From assembly GCA_024704765.1 (NCBI GenBank), contig JAKMXF010000337.1:166158-230157 (forward strand): a stretch of 64,000 nt of DNA, written 5' to 3'. Each line of letters starts with the position of its first letter. Position 1 is the stretch's first letter. The position numbers and the translations under genes were made by a program. Origin of the DNA: Oopsacas minuta. Lineage: Eukaryota; Animalia; Porifera. Below the pieces are notes generated by a model. The model saw only the letters and a list, made by a program, of their open reading frames with translations, was not told where the DNA came from and made no database searches. Positions 1 to 12,979 of this stretch are shown piece after piece.

Positions 1-858
1 TCCGTCTGCTATCTGGAATTGTAGGGGATAATCTTGAGCTGGAGGTGGCGGTAGCGTGGACATAAGCCTGCAAAAAGTATGGCAGACGTGATGGGCATAT
101 GGCATATATACACCAAGTGGAGTTTCAGGATTGGGGTACATCTGAATATCCGACCGTAAAATTATACTGTTTCTTTCTTCTACTACCCTATAGTATGCCG
201 GGAAACGAATATCGCTAGATAGCAAGTGATGTCGGAGTTGTGTGTATTTCCTCCTGCCAATTTCTAGGAGATCTACAAGGAACACTGTCTTGGTAACATC
301 GAGCTCTTTCTTCAACAATTTACCGAATTGACCCGAAAACTTGTCATAGACTACAGATTTTGAAACTTTAACTATTTCTCGCTGTTTTGTTTGGTCCGAT
401 AGTAGTTGCAAGGCAAGTGCAGCTATCTTGATTTCTGAAGTATTCTCAACGATTGAGAGTGCTTTGATAGATTCCAAGACATTTGAGAGTCGTAAGCGTT
501 GTTGTTGCATCGTGAGATTGTCAATACTCTTCCTATGGTTTGCAGAGAGTGTGGATATGACTTCTTCATCATCTGAAGACAGCTCAACGGTATCATAAAA
601 ACGGTTCCTCTTCAACTCTGGTTCCATGGATATACCACAATGCCACCAGTCTCCCTCTAAGCAATCTAGCGATTTCTTTGCCTTCCTGATCCTGCTTCTT
701 ACTCGGAGGAGCGTTGCTTCCAATTGTTTCCTTTCTTCGAAGTCCATTTGAAAGTTCTGCTCAAAGAAACTGAGTGTCGTCGAGATACAGTTGTTGTTGT
801 CTTTCAAAATCTTCGCAAATTCAAGATGAGAGTTAGGGAAAGTTGGTTCTTGAGTCAT
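1..858 (-). CDS. RAG1-like/Transib transposase, N-terminal 286 codons, open and running off the window (copy A)
   Basis: Manual translation from ATG at 858 to base 1 has no stop: MTQEPTFPNSHLEFAKILKDNNNC...HRKSIDNLTMQQQRLRLSNV...FLVDLLEIGRRKYTQLR...YPLQFQIADG. It is collinear with the ORF fragments at 33403-34322, which continue into IADGLDGSG (first catalytic Asp region). Absent from the ORF track because the stop lies outside the window. Confidence 0.85.
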   Translation of the reverse strand, partial: MTQEPTFPNSHLEFAKILKDNNNCISTTLSFFEQNFQMDFEERKQLEATLLRVRSRIRKAKKSLDCLEGDWWHCGISMEPELKRNRFYDTVELSSDDEEVISTLSANHRKSIDNLTMQQQRLRLSNVLESIKALSIVENTSEIKIAALALQLLSDQTKQREIVKVSKSVVYDKFSGQFGKLLKKELDVTKTVFLVDLLEIGRRKYTQLRHHLLSSDIRFPAYYRVVEERNSIILRSDIQMYPNPETPLGVYMPYAHHVCHTFCRLMSTLPPPPAQDYPLQFQIADG

Positions 859-1494
859 TGATAAAAGCGTAGAAAACGGTTGATTATCAGCAAATTCAAT
901 TTGTTAATGTCATATTAATCATGTATTTATATATTACATTTATTGGTAATTGGAATGCTGCAATCGAGTAGATAAATTTAGCATATAAATTGCATAGCAA
1001 CAAAAAGGTGACAATGGAATTCGCTGAAATTTTTCATGTTGTGCACTGTTTCGGGCGTATCATTTTAATATGTCTTTCTAGATATTATAATGCCATTTTG
1101 GAATTAATTTCTAAGTGGTGTTTTGTGGTGTTTTTTTTGCGGCCATTTGGAAGTTCTTTTTTTAATAATATTGTACCTCTAAAGTACCATTAATCAAATC
1201 AACTTTGAGTCCAAATGTAGTAAAGATACACTGACGAAAATGAGAAATCAGATTTAGCATAACTGAATTGTGTTGAGGAAATAAAATAAATTTGATTCGA
1301 AGAATTCTGCGACGCTCTCAAGTAAACTTAAATTGGTGCTAATATTAGCATCACTGAAACCGCAAATAGAACTATTTTTGATTGATTCTTTAAATTCATG
1401 TTGTGAGAGCTATATGTATTTGATCGAATTGAAATTTGAAATTAACATTATTCAAACAAACAAGAACGAGTTTAAACCATTAAAAATGAAATCT

Positions 1495-1529
1495 ATTTTT
1501 TGTCTATTCTTTGCATTCAAACCACTGTG
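1495..1529 (-). repeat. 5' terminal signal of RAG1-like copy A (heptamer, 14 nt, AATAG, ACAAAAAAT)
   Basis: Minus strand reads CACAGTG GTTTGAATGCAAAG AATAG ACAAAAAAT. Heptamer at 1523-1529, 671 bp upstream of the ATG. Confidence 0.75.
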
Positions 1530-2889
1530 CTATAGTAATTATTAATATAATATTAGTAGCAATATCGCGGTTAGAGATTATATAATCAGTATACGATTGT
1601 GTTTATATATTTCAACAAAAAGTCAAATACAAACTGACATGAAAATTGACTGAACCTTGACATTTTAGATTACTAGCAATTTTAGTTTCAAAAGTTAAAA
1701 ATACATACCTAGTGTATATCTAGGTGCCGACGGGCAAAGAAGTGCCAGTACAGCAACGATAAAGGACGTAGAGCGCCGATCGAAGATTCAAATCAGTATA
1801 GGAGCAATACTATATTACGTACAAAAAGTCTCATCCCAAAAGAGTCCTTGCAAGAAAAGTGCCGAGCCAGAAATTCCTGGATAAACCCCTAATAGGCGAA
1901 AAATTCGACAAAATTCAACAATTCGAACATTGATTCCTTGGCAATTTGTATAACTGCGGTCAGCTACTAGATGGCAAATCATCCGAACTGTAACTAAACC
2001 AATCACATCGAATTTAATTTAACCACAGGATTCATGCTCATTCATTAATGACTAATATGTATTTAAGATGTAAATCACGGAATCATCCAAGTTTAATATG
2101 CTTTGGTCATATAAATTCCATATTTGCATTGTCTAAAACTACATATCATTGTTAATTACAGAAATTCACGTAGTTCAGATGATGAATTATCCAATGTCTA
2201 TTCACGGGGTAAAATGTGTATTGTGAGAGAGACATACAGGTAGGTGATTGACAAAATGCATAGAGTTCCAGGGTATAGAAAATGGATAATTCACCATTCA
2301 ATTGAGGTATATTTCTGTAATACGCCATGAAATATACGTAAGTAGAGATTTATTATCTAACATATAAACTTGGTTAAATAAGGTGATTTACATATAAGAT
2401 ACATACTTTGCCATTATAGAAATTTCTCAAACAGACGATGACATTATGTATTTATAAGATATATGTAAAAATATATCAAGCTAATTTTAACCCGCAGGGC
2501 CCATCTCGCCAAATCGTGTTTCAAGACCTTTGAGACTTTAGAGGGTTGATAATCGTTTATGCAGGGCCGTACCTTGTTGGAGTATGGGGGTGTGACATCT
2601 CCCACTTTTCCCAAGTAAAAATTTCGGGGCATGCATAATTTGACAGAAAATTGTATTTGGGTATATGCTACTCAGCCTCCCCAATTTCCATTTGGATAAG
2701 GATGATGTATTCATCTGAGAAATTATCTTCGCTCTCTCACTATGCTCGCATGGTAAATATAAAATAGCACTGGTTTTCTAGCTAGCGAGGGTCCATTCTG
2801 GCAACACCAATATTCACAAGTGGCACATATTAATATGATTTCGGAACTTCGTAAGTGAATCCAAATGTTGCAATAATCGATTTATTTCG

Positions 2890-3175
2890 AACTATGTAAA
2901 TATTTGGAAGTCAGTTTAGAGAATCTCAAATGATTTTAATACTGTGTTCCATTCTGGTGCCAATAATCTAGCGATGTGCCACTTTTACCACATGTTGCAC
3001 AAATATTAATATGCTAATAAGTCCACGACATAGGCTCTACACAATTCGAAATATACATAATGGGGCAACACAGACCCGTAAGGTGAAATCGAATATTCTA
3101 TCAGAATTGTTCCATCTTATTTGAGTTTTGAGCAATTAGCAATTGAATATGTAATTGGCTCATTATCTATTTAAA
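2890..3175. repeat. Old dispersed repeat, second copy at about 16950-17220
   Basis: Shared blocks in the same order, e.g. taaatatttg.aagtcagttt, ccattctggtgcca, cagaatt.ttccatct, tca(t/a)tatctattta. Boundaries approximate. Confidence 0.5.
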
Positions 3176-4256
3176 AACTATAAAAGATAGCTCTATAAAA
3201 TTTGAAATAGAAGTTGGGAAGTGTCTAAGGTTGCCGAAAATGCAATAATCCACCAATCGTGAAATTTTCCAGTTTTTCCAAAATTTTGGAAAAATATAGG
3301 GTATATTCACCCCTTAATGAGCAAAATATCTAATTATTTTCATGGATTCAGTCAGGATAATGTTAAATAACACAGTCATATTGTTCTTTCAAGCATATCA
3401 TCGTATGGATATTCAAAAATTCGCTGGATTGCCAGGATATTTAATTGTACATTTAGTTGTGTTGAAATACTTATGCTCGTTTAGTATATACATATATATA
3501 TATTTCATCTGGATTCTTGATACCTTAAGATACATTTTCTCTGTACACTATTGTGTAAATCTTGAAAATTATCAAATATGGACAGATTCACGAATGCATC
3601 ACACCGGTTAGAGAAATCCTATCAAATTACCTTACAAGGCGGGTAACTAGTATCGTGAACTACTTAATATAAGGACTGGAAACTAAAATTATTTTCTGGA
3701 CAAGTGATAAATGGGAAGTGCATTGTAGCTAATTCAAATTCAATAACTCATAATAATAGCAAATTAACTGAAGTTATCATCAAGTTTCATAAATTGATGT
3801 GATGAGTCACACATTACACCTCTAGATGTATTTTCTGGTCGTAGAGACGTCATGTGATCGCCCAATTACCTGAGATATTGGAAAAGTGCTACGGCTATAA
3901 AACGCAGATATGATCTTTGAATTCAAATTTCATTTATGAAATATCGAAAAATACTTTATACAAAACATAAAAAATTGTCATAATAATATTAGCTAGTTCT
4001 TGAGTTATAGCTAAACCATGGATTTCACTTCTATGTCAATATTCACACAAAACTCTATAATGGTTATAGTTATTGTCAAGTCAATATAGCCAATTTAAGT
4101 AGATATCTTACCCATACCCTGATAATATATTTTATGTGATATCTCTTACCATTGTGACGTAATCCTGAATATATCCATTTCATTTTCATGATTGCGTAAT
4201 GATCTTCAGAGATATCAAAATGTACTACGGTATTAGAACTGGAACAACAAAGAAAC

Positions 4257-4320
4257 TATAGCCTATTCACGGTATTCAACCATGGATTACTATAAGTCTC
4301 AGAAACTTGATAGGCAATTT
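4257..4320. repeat. Terminal fragment of the TATAGCCTATTCACG MITE family
   Basis: TATAGCCTATTCACGGTATTCAACCATGGATTA matches the ends of the hairpin element at 51792-51972 and a copy at 44216. Confidence 0.45.
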
Positions 4321-4817
4321 AAATATACTTGAAATTGGTACCTTTTCGCCCGAATAAATGTATTATTGATAGTCAATAATATATAATAGCTATATCAACA
4401 AACCATTGTCAGGCCTGAAATGACGTCATCCGATTGGAAATAATGAAACATGTCGTCAAACAGGTATCATTTTTCATGCTGTGTTAATCGAATACTAGTG
4501 CGACTTGGATTCCAAAATTATCAGCGAAGGATTTATAGGTGCTTCCATATAGAATATAGAAATTCTGTAATGATATCTTTCTCACGTTATTGAGATATAT
4601 TAGATACCATGGATCATGGATAGCACATATTTGGTCACCCCTTTATAAATCCGTTTTCGCTAGAGTTATTATCAAATCACTCAACCCAATATGTACTGAA
4701 TACCCAACATCCCATACCCTTCTAATACTTTTGGATAAGATTTCTGTAACCGATGTGACAAAATTATGAATATGTCCATATTTGATCATTATCAAAATTA
4801 CGCAATAATGTTTCAAG

Positions 4818-4865
4818 ATATCGTAGGGATATGTATTCCAAATATCGTAGGGATATGTATTCCAA
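4818..4865. repeat. Perfect 24-bp tandem duplication
   Basis: ATATCGTAGGGATATGTATTCCAA x2. Confidence 0.9.
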
Positions 4866-5247
4866 GGATATAGGAAGTTTGGTATGTAATACATAATGGC
4901 TAGAGTGATTTTGCAATAACTCTAGCAACTTTCGAGTTTAAGTTGATATTGCCAAAACATGTGCCATCCATGTACCTAATATAACTCAGTACGTGACAAC
5001 TTTATAATTACAAAAATAAAATATTTTATGTATAACATCCTTGGATCACTTGATATACATCTGGAATCGAAGTCGCACTCGTTATGATTTATCAGAGCTT
5101 TAAAAATGGTGCATTTTTAACAACATATTGCCATTTTAACCAAAGGGATATCGAAATGGTAATAGTTGGATAACATGTCTTCGGTAAATTAACTATCAGT
5201 AACACATATACTCTATCCAAAGACACCTATTGTATATTATTGAGAAT

Positions 5248-8077
5248 TGTTGCGTGAGATTTTAACTCATTAGTATTATTGGCCCAAGGACTGTCTTTCA
5301 CCGAGAGATTTTAACTCATCTATATTAAACGAAAGTGAATTTGCAGGATATTTGACCAGGATAATTTCAATCACTAATTTGTCTACTGGTACTCATCAGA
5401 TTTACCCGAAATTAATATGATTCGGTAGTAGAGTATTGGACGTTGTATAAAATATAATTTTCTTAAATACTTTTTAACTTTTACCTATCAATTTTGTCAT
5501 GACGAGTAGAGTCGCTTCTCTATTAAAAACGACGACCTAAAAGTGAGAATTTCAAAACTGAAATTTTGTATCTATATTTGTGACTCAAGGACGTTTATGT
5601 AAATTAAATTTATCCCAAAATTCCTTAAACTCGAGGGGATACAAGTATTCAAAGTTGAAGTCAGAGTTATATTGGAGGAGGCGAGTATCATTTACAAAAA
5701 GTAGGGTCAGTTCAAATTGATATTTGATATCCCAAATCGAACTGAAACTAGTATATTTTGATAACAATCGATAGCTGAGACATGGATGTATACCATTATG
5801 TCGTTATAATCATGAAATTCTGAAAGATACAGTCACAATGGGGTTCTAAAAATTGCATAATTGTCGTTGTTTATGTATTTCGAAATTTCAATTTTGACTC
5901 AAATTTCAAAAATCATTCATCCTCAGAATCGCCTGAAACTTTACAGGCTCCTTCTTTTATATTATATCATTCAATTTCCTTTAAAAAAAAACAAGGGTCG
6001 CTAGTACTTTTCTAATAAATATTACAAAATAATATTTTGTGAAAATGTTTTCCACTAACCATATCATTATTCACATTGTCTAGTACAATACTAGATTATC
6101 TCATAAGACTAATGAGCATGACTAACATTTACGCATGAAGTAACACTTGTCATAACTCTTCTCTTGGTTCCCTTTCTAATGTTGCTACAACAAACGAATA
6201 ATCAAACCGCAAAATACTGAAATTACGAATTACATTTTCCATTTTTATCCATCACAATGAAATATACATATTGACATTTAATCATATATCTACCTCATCC
6301 TTATTGAATCATACTTCAGTATTTCTGAAATATTCTGTTTAGAGTATGTTGTGACAAAGACATTACTGTAAGAGATGGTAACCTAGTGTAGAATTGGTTT
6401 AAGATAGTAAAACATAATATTTTGAAATACGAAACTAGGCTAAATGCCGCAGGTCAAAATACGTTAATATTGATGACAGAATTACCGTATTCAAATTTGC
6501 TTTTACAACATTAGCAAGTGAAGCATTTAAATAACAAACAAGAAAAAATGTTGTGGAAAATGACGAAGATTTATACTGAGGAATGGTCCCAAATGAAAAG
6601 GAGCAAATTAAGTTATATTAATCCATCAAGGAATAAAATAAAAATCGCTTTTAGTAGTTTTATTACAAATACGCCACAGAGCCATCCTAATTTTATAGGA
6701 TGTTCTAATCTAAGTATTAACAAAGACATGTTACCAAATATTCCTCTTCTGTTCCTAGGCATCAAATAAATTGCCAAAGTGAGATTAAGGTAATTCTACA
6801 TCTTATCTGGAAATACTTTGGCAGGGAAAGATGTAGAAACAATTAAATCAATATTTAACAAGGCATTTATTGAAAGAAGAATTATTTATAACATTGTGGT
6901 GATTGTTATGACTAAACTGGGACGAAAGATTAAAAGAATTAAAACAAGTAATCATTTTATCCAAATATAAATTTAAAGTGGGTGAAGTTATTCGTTTTGA
7001 ATACAGCGCTAACCTCACAGTCGCATTGTCCTGTGAAAATTGTATTATAATACATGCGTAGTATGGAGATATGACTTAAGAATATTAGATATGTCAAAAA
7101 TAAATGAGTATTTTTCGGTTTGATTCTTCGTTTGTTGTAGCAACATTAGAATGGGAACCAAGAGAAGAGTTATAACAAGTGTTACTTCATGCGTAAATGT
7201 CAGTCATGCTCATTAGTCTTATGAGATAATCTAGTATTGTACTAGACAATGTGAATAATGATATGGTTAGTGGAAAACATTTTCACAAAATATTATTTTG
7301 TAATATTTATTAGAAAAGTACTAGCGACCCTTGTGTTTTTTTAAAGGAAATTGAATGATATAATATAAAAGAAGGAGCCTGTAAAGTTTCAGGCGATTCT
7401 GAGGATGAATGATTTTTGAAATTTGAGTCAAAATTGAAATTTCGAAATACATAAACAACGACAATTATGCAATTTTTAGAACCCCATTGTGACTGTATCT
7501 TTCAGAATTTCATGATTATAACGACATAATGGTATACATCCATGTCTCAGCTATCGATTGTTATCAAAATATACTAGTTTCAGTTCGATTTGGGATATCA
7601 AATATCAATTTGAACTGACCCTACTTTTTGTAAATGATACTCGCCTCCTCCAATATAACTCTGACTTCAACTTTGAATACTTGTATCCCCTCGAGTTTAA
7701 GGAATTTTGGGATAAATTTAATTTACATAAACGTCCTTGAGTCACAAATATAGATACAAAATTTCAGTTTTGAAATTCTCACTTTTAGGTCGTCGTTTTT
7801 AATAGAGAAGCGACTCTACTCGTCATGACAAAATTGATAGGTAAAAGTTAAAAAGTATTTAAGAAAATTATATTTTATACAACGTCCAATACTCTACTAC
7901 CGAATCATATTAATTTCGGGTAAATCTGATGAGTACCAGTAGACAAATTAGTGATTGAAATTATCCTGGTCAAATATCCTGCAAATTCACTTTCGTTTAA
8001 TATAGATGAGTTAAAATCTCTCGGTGAAAGACAGTCCTTGGGCCAATAATACTAATGAATTAAAATCTCACGCAACA
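5248..8077. mobile_element. 2.83-kb foldback element with about 971-bp inverted arms, TGT...ACA termini and 4-bp TSD (Ginger-like, non-autonomous)
   Basis: Arms 5248-6218 and 7107-8077 are reverse complements with only a handful of substitutions (paired coordinates sum to 13325). Flanks are GAAT|TGTTGCG...CGCAACA|GAAT. The 888-bp spacer has no intact ORF. Confidence 0.8.
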
Positions 8078-8479
8078 GAATATTAAAATTACCTACCAAA
8101 TTTACTAGGCTGAATTAATCCATGGTAACCAGTGAAATGTATATAGTTACCATGCAGGGGTGCGGAAGTGGTTAGGGTGCTCAGGCCATGGCCTGACCAT
8201 TTGAATTGTCAGCTCAGGCTTCACCTGGCCAATTAATCAATCCCGTTATGCTATGGCCTGACCAGAAACGTATTTTTTTTAACACCCACATATCTTAACC
8301 TTCCCTTTAACTAATATTTGGCCTGTTTATGATCATATTACTACATTTTTGTTTTTCATTCATTATTAATTTTCTTTCTTTTCTTGTTTACTTTCCTAAT
8401 CTTTACCAATGATTTAGCATTTATGGCTTGAAGCATGAACTGGGATATTCTAGCGCCAGATATACCAAATGTTCCTTAT

Positions 8480-8620
8480 CATGCTTTAATGTTAAATCTG
8501 CTTTCATTACCTGTGGCTATTGCAACTAGAAGGATGTTAGTGAAAATGGAGGCTTTTGCAAACAAGAACGTAGTACAACTCAACAAAACGCCACTCAACT
8601 ATAATTTGAAACACCAGCAA
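8480..8620 (+). pseudogene. hAT dimerisation-domain remnant
   Basis: LLSLPVAIAT followed, after a frameshift, by RMFSEM/RSTT-like sequence resembling the hAT LxxPxxxAxxERxFS...RST motif. Confidence 0.3.
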
Positions 8621-8887
8621 CAACCAAAGATGTTGGAGAACTAATTTCAAATACACATGCCATGGAAAAATAGGCAAAATCTTCTAAAGAAAATTCAAAA
8701 TTTAAGGTTTTTAGCATGACTAGGACTAGCCCCCGAAAATCCATTAAGATAGCAGGCCAGTTTTGTAAGATTGGAATAAAGGACTGGCAATGTAGCATAT
8801 ATAAAAGTTCTTTAAGAAATCATACTTTTAGGAATGAATAGTTTTTGTTTGCCTCTAGGTGTTGCCTTCCAATTTAATGACTATTTA

Positions 8888-9136
8888 CACTCCCTGGCCA
8901 AAAGTATCGGAACACCATACCATTAATGACACATGCGACATATGGCACATTACGAGAATCTACCTACTGAATAGTCTGAAAATATATCAGAAAGGCGATT
9001 ATAATGACAAAAGTAATGATCGAACTAAGTTCACAGATGTTTTATATTATCTTCAGCCTACGCAACTAAAGTAAATACATATTTATGCAATGTGCCAATT
9101 GTGGCAGAGTGTTCCAATACTTTTGGCCAGGGAGTG
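8888..9136. mobile_element. Tc1-type MITE, 249 bp
   Basis: 27-bp TIR CACTCCCTGGCCAAAAGTAT(C/T)GGAACA with 1 mismatch, TA on both sides. Confidence 0.9.
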
Positions 9137-9479
9137 TATATACAGAGTCAAATTTACTATAACTTTATTGGACATTTTCTATTCATCACTAGCAAAATAT
9201 ATGTTCTGGATATAATCCATGGCCCAAATTCCCAAACTTCTTTATTAACCACATGTATCGGATTTTGATTCTATATTTTTTGTCAGAGAAAATGCATATT
9301 CACTAAACATGGTTGGATTTTATTATTTATGATGCTTCACGCTAAATGTACCTATGTTCCACAATTTAACTCCCACGTCGATTTTCACAGTACACACTTG
9401 TCATTTTTTTCGAATTGATATGTTTTTCGTTCATAAACTCTACTAGATGCTGAAACTCATTTCCTCCCTTTGAAATCGG

Positions 9480-12387
9480 TGACTTAGAGGAGGGTCATTG
9501 AGCATGGTTACTGTATATGTTATGACATTCATTTCAATTTCGAAAACATTTATGACAAACTTAGCGATTCAAAATTATGTACAATCCACTCCGCTTAATG
9601 AAGTATCTTATACACTATTAATAACTTGGTTGACAGTTTCCTTTGTTGTTTTGAAACGATTTTCTACCAGTATTGGGTCACTATTACACAATATCCGGAC
9701 TAATACAACACCTTAATTGTTATTAAAGGATGTCTTACGAGCTAAATTTTGACCAAAACGCCGTACATACTTGTTGCAGGCTTCTAGGCACTCGTTTGAA
9801 AGATTTTTCCGACCGTACCCTCCATTATGAAGATGGATAATTTGGAAAGAAATGGGAAAGTAATTTATGCAAGGAAGGTTTCTGGTTGCCCAAGGAAACT
9901 CTATTAGAATGAATTGATATGTTTCTTTGCATAGTTCCTCAAACTTATACAGTTCATCTGTCCACCACTGTTGACCAGTCTCAACATTACTGATAGATAG
10001 GTTTGAATTACTTCAAGTCCTGGTTTGTGAATGGGATTAATTGAAGATGTAGCCCATTTCAGGAAATCTCTCTTATCCATAAAACAGTCAGGCGCCACAT
10101 TTCCAGTTGTCGAAGTACCGTCATGGCTTGGAGGAATGTCCACACCAATACTACACTTGTCTTCAATGATGGATCTAATATGTTTCATCGACACTTACAC
10201 CTTGGTGTTACCTTGCGACCATCCTTTGTAACTTAAAGCTAAATGATAAATGAATTTCATGAACCACTTGAAGAGACAAACATATGCGTGTAGTGGAGAG
10301 GTGGCTATGATGTCAATATTGGAATTGGGTGGGTAAGTTATACCAACACATTGTTGAGAAAGAAATTTCAAAAACTCTTCTTCATTAACTTCCCTGAAAA
10401 TTGCATGTGCATCCTTGACAAATCTGTTAATAAGGAATCTAGATTCAACTCATTTCAAGCTTTTAATTTGGGAGTCTGTTGCCGTACAAGGTAATATGAA
10501 GTACCTCCAGCGCCATGTAGGAGACAAACCATCCTTGTATTACAAAGAGAAGGGAATATTTGACAATTCGCTTATCTGCAACCTAAAGTAATACCATTAT
10601 TCTGATGTTCTCAGTTTCTGGGTTAATGAAAGTATTCATAATGAGTTTTACATTACTATAATCTTCTTTAAGAGCTACTAAAATTTCTGGCCTGAAAGAG
10701 AAAGGCGAATTTGGAAGCTTGTTGAAGAATACTTCACTTGATCAACATCAGTAATTCTAAGAACCTTAAATCCAACAGGATGAAGCTTTTAGTAGATAGA
10801 TTCGGATTTAGATTAATTTGGTTGTAGATGCGATGAGTAACTGGCCCATCTGACCATTCTACATTGAGAGGATGTTGTGAATCGAAAATTGAATCTAAGC
10901 TATTCAGCATAAGTTGAATAGTGAGAGAAAGAATTGAATGATAAGATATTGATATTTCAACTGAGAAAATTCAAGATTATTTAATATTCCCATTTCGTTA
11001 GCTAATGATATTTCGTGCGAAATAGCGTATTAGTTTTGTAAGATTGTAATTTCACCTCTTTTTTCACCCTTCAAGACTCTTTTGAGCTCAGAATATCTTG
11101 TTGCTCCAATTTCTAAGATGTCTAACAAATACGTTGATTTCTGAATAGATATTTTAGTGACAGCTTTAGTAAATGAACTCGTTTCAATTATTTCTTTACA
11201 TACACTTGAAGTATTCATTTCATATATTTCATTGGAATCAATTCCAAAGCTAGAGCAATAATTCTTTTGGGTTTGACTTCCTCTCTCAAAGATTTCAAGT
11301 TAATATGTCCATGTAGTACCTTTTGTCTAGCTCTTGAAGTTTTTAAATTACAATTTAAATGTGTAACCTTAACTCCACAGTGGTATATTCGGAAAATACT
11401 TAACAAGAGAAATAGAAAATATAGAAAGGACCTCAGAACTAGAATAATCTGAAATACTTTTTTCGAAGATGCTTCTCCTTGAATGGAATAGGATGAAATA
11501 GAATTTTCCTAGGTATCTAGAACATTCCTTTTTCGGGAGGATTCCCTAGATTTTCGGAGTACATTGAATTTGTGACGAAGTATTTGGCTGTCCTGCTCCA
11601 AAAGAAAGTGATTTTCGAAGAGAAGACGGATAGATTTAGTGATATTTCTTTCGTTGGCCAAAGTATCATAGGCTCCCTTGTTTGTTATATATTCAATTTC
11701 ATTTGTGAAATTGTAGACTATATAATACAGATTCTAATCATTATTATGTAAGCAATATCAATACTCATTATTATCAACCAATATTCTTTCTAAAATGAAG
11801 GCAATTTGGCACAATAGCTTTGTTGTACAAAAGGGGCCAAAACATCTTTGTCGGATATCTTTGACTCCAATTATCATTTGCCATGGAAATATATTTGGGC
11901 GCTTTGGAGGGTCTAGAAATCATTGAAAAAGAATCTTATATTCATGAATGATACAAAGATCCAAAAAATCAAACTTGAAATTGTTTGCAATATAAGATCA
12001 GCGACTATAAACTTTGGTATTTTGGAGGAAATTATCTAAATGTAGGCCAACAAAGACATTCATAAAATAATATCTGGGTCGTGGTTAAAATTGTTCAAAT
12101 CAATTAAGAATTGTATGTCAAATAGATAACAGATTATAAAGTTCACATTAAAGTGGCATGTGTTCACATATAGCAATAACTTTGAACAAAAGGATATTTA
12201 CTGCTTCGAGGCATGGAAATTACTAAATAATGCATTTGTTTGAGGCTTTTCATGTCCTGTTATATTTCTATAAGGCGTCTAATAACATCATATTTCTTGG
12301 TTAGAAATAGTGTAGAATCGAATACAAGCATAAATTTGATAAATATCAATGTCATATATTCCTATCACCGCATGATTCCACACTGTG
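9480..12387 (-). mobile_element. Decayed RAG1-like/Transib transposon (copy C) with intact 5' end
   Basis: Fragments YLLDILEIGATRYSEL (11030-11218), GVDIPPSHDGTSTTGNVA (9904-10194) and LSNECLEACNKYVRRFGQNLARK (about 9735-9810). 5' terminus CACAGTG-14-GATAG with heptamer at 12381-12387. 3' end not found; left boundary approximate. Confidence 0.8.
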
Positions 12388-12979
12388 GAACAATGTGCTT
12401 AAGATATGCTCTGTAGCAAATGTTTTAATACCCTTAAATTTGGTGATTAGTTATGGACGTAGTATAGTTTCAAGGGCGTGCTTGGGGCTAGGCGGATGTC
12501 CAGCACTATTAATAGGTTAAGGAGTGTCCTACACTTCATTTTTCGGACAATACTACTGAACGTGGATGAGGTTGATTATATTAGGATGCAAACAGTACAC
12601 CAAAAGATTTTACTTCTGTAATACATAAAAAATCTTCTTAGAAATGCTGGACATATGAGAGTAGTATGCATAAGCAAAGTAAATACAAACAACGTATATA
12701 GCCTATAATTTACCTTCATTCAGTTATTGCATTATATCCCCATACATTTTGGCTTATATAGTAGAGATTATGACTTTGTCAAACTTTGACTGATTTTAGT
12801 GTTCTAAAGTTCTCTTTTCAATATTACACGAGCTCTATGACTTCAAAATAACCCCTAGCATCGATTCAAAGGAAACACGTTCAGGTACAATACTTTAGTT
12901 GTACCCTTGTTTGTATTAGATATTATTGGTCAATAAACCTATATAATATTTTGCACTACGAATCGATTTTAAGTTCGTG

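Noticed and set aside
5585-7740. Two identical 60-aa ORFs (5585-5767 minus, 7558-7740 plus) as duplicated genes
   Set aside because: They are a by-product of the inverted arms. The ORF starts at a non-ATG codon and matches no family I recognise.
9386-9417. CACAGTA as the 3' end of copy C
   Set aside because: 6/7 heptamer, distal AATTG at only 20 nt, and its flank (ATTTT) does not match the GAACA flanking the 5' end.
11376-11382. CACAGTG as a transposon end
   Set aside because: It lies inside the coding remnant of copy C with no spaced AATAG motif. A few chance heptamers are expected in 64 kb.
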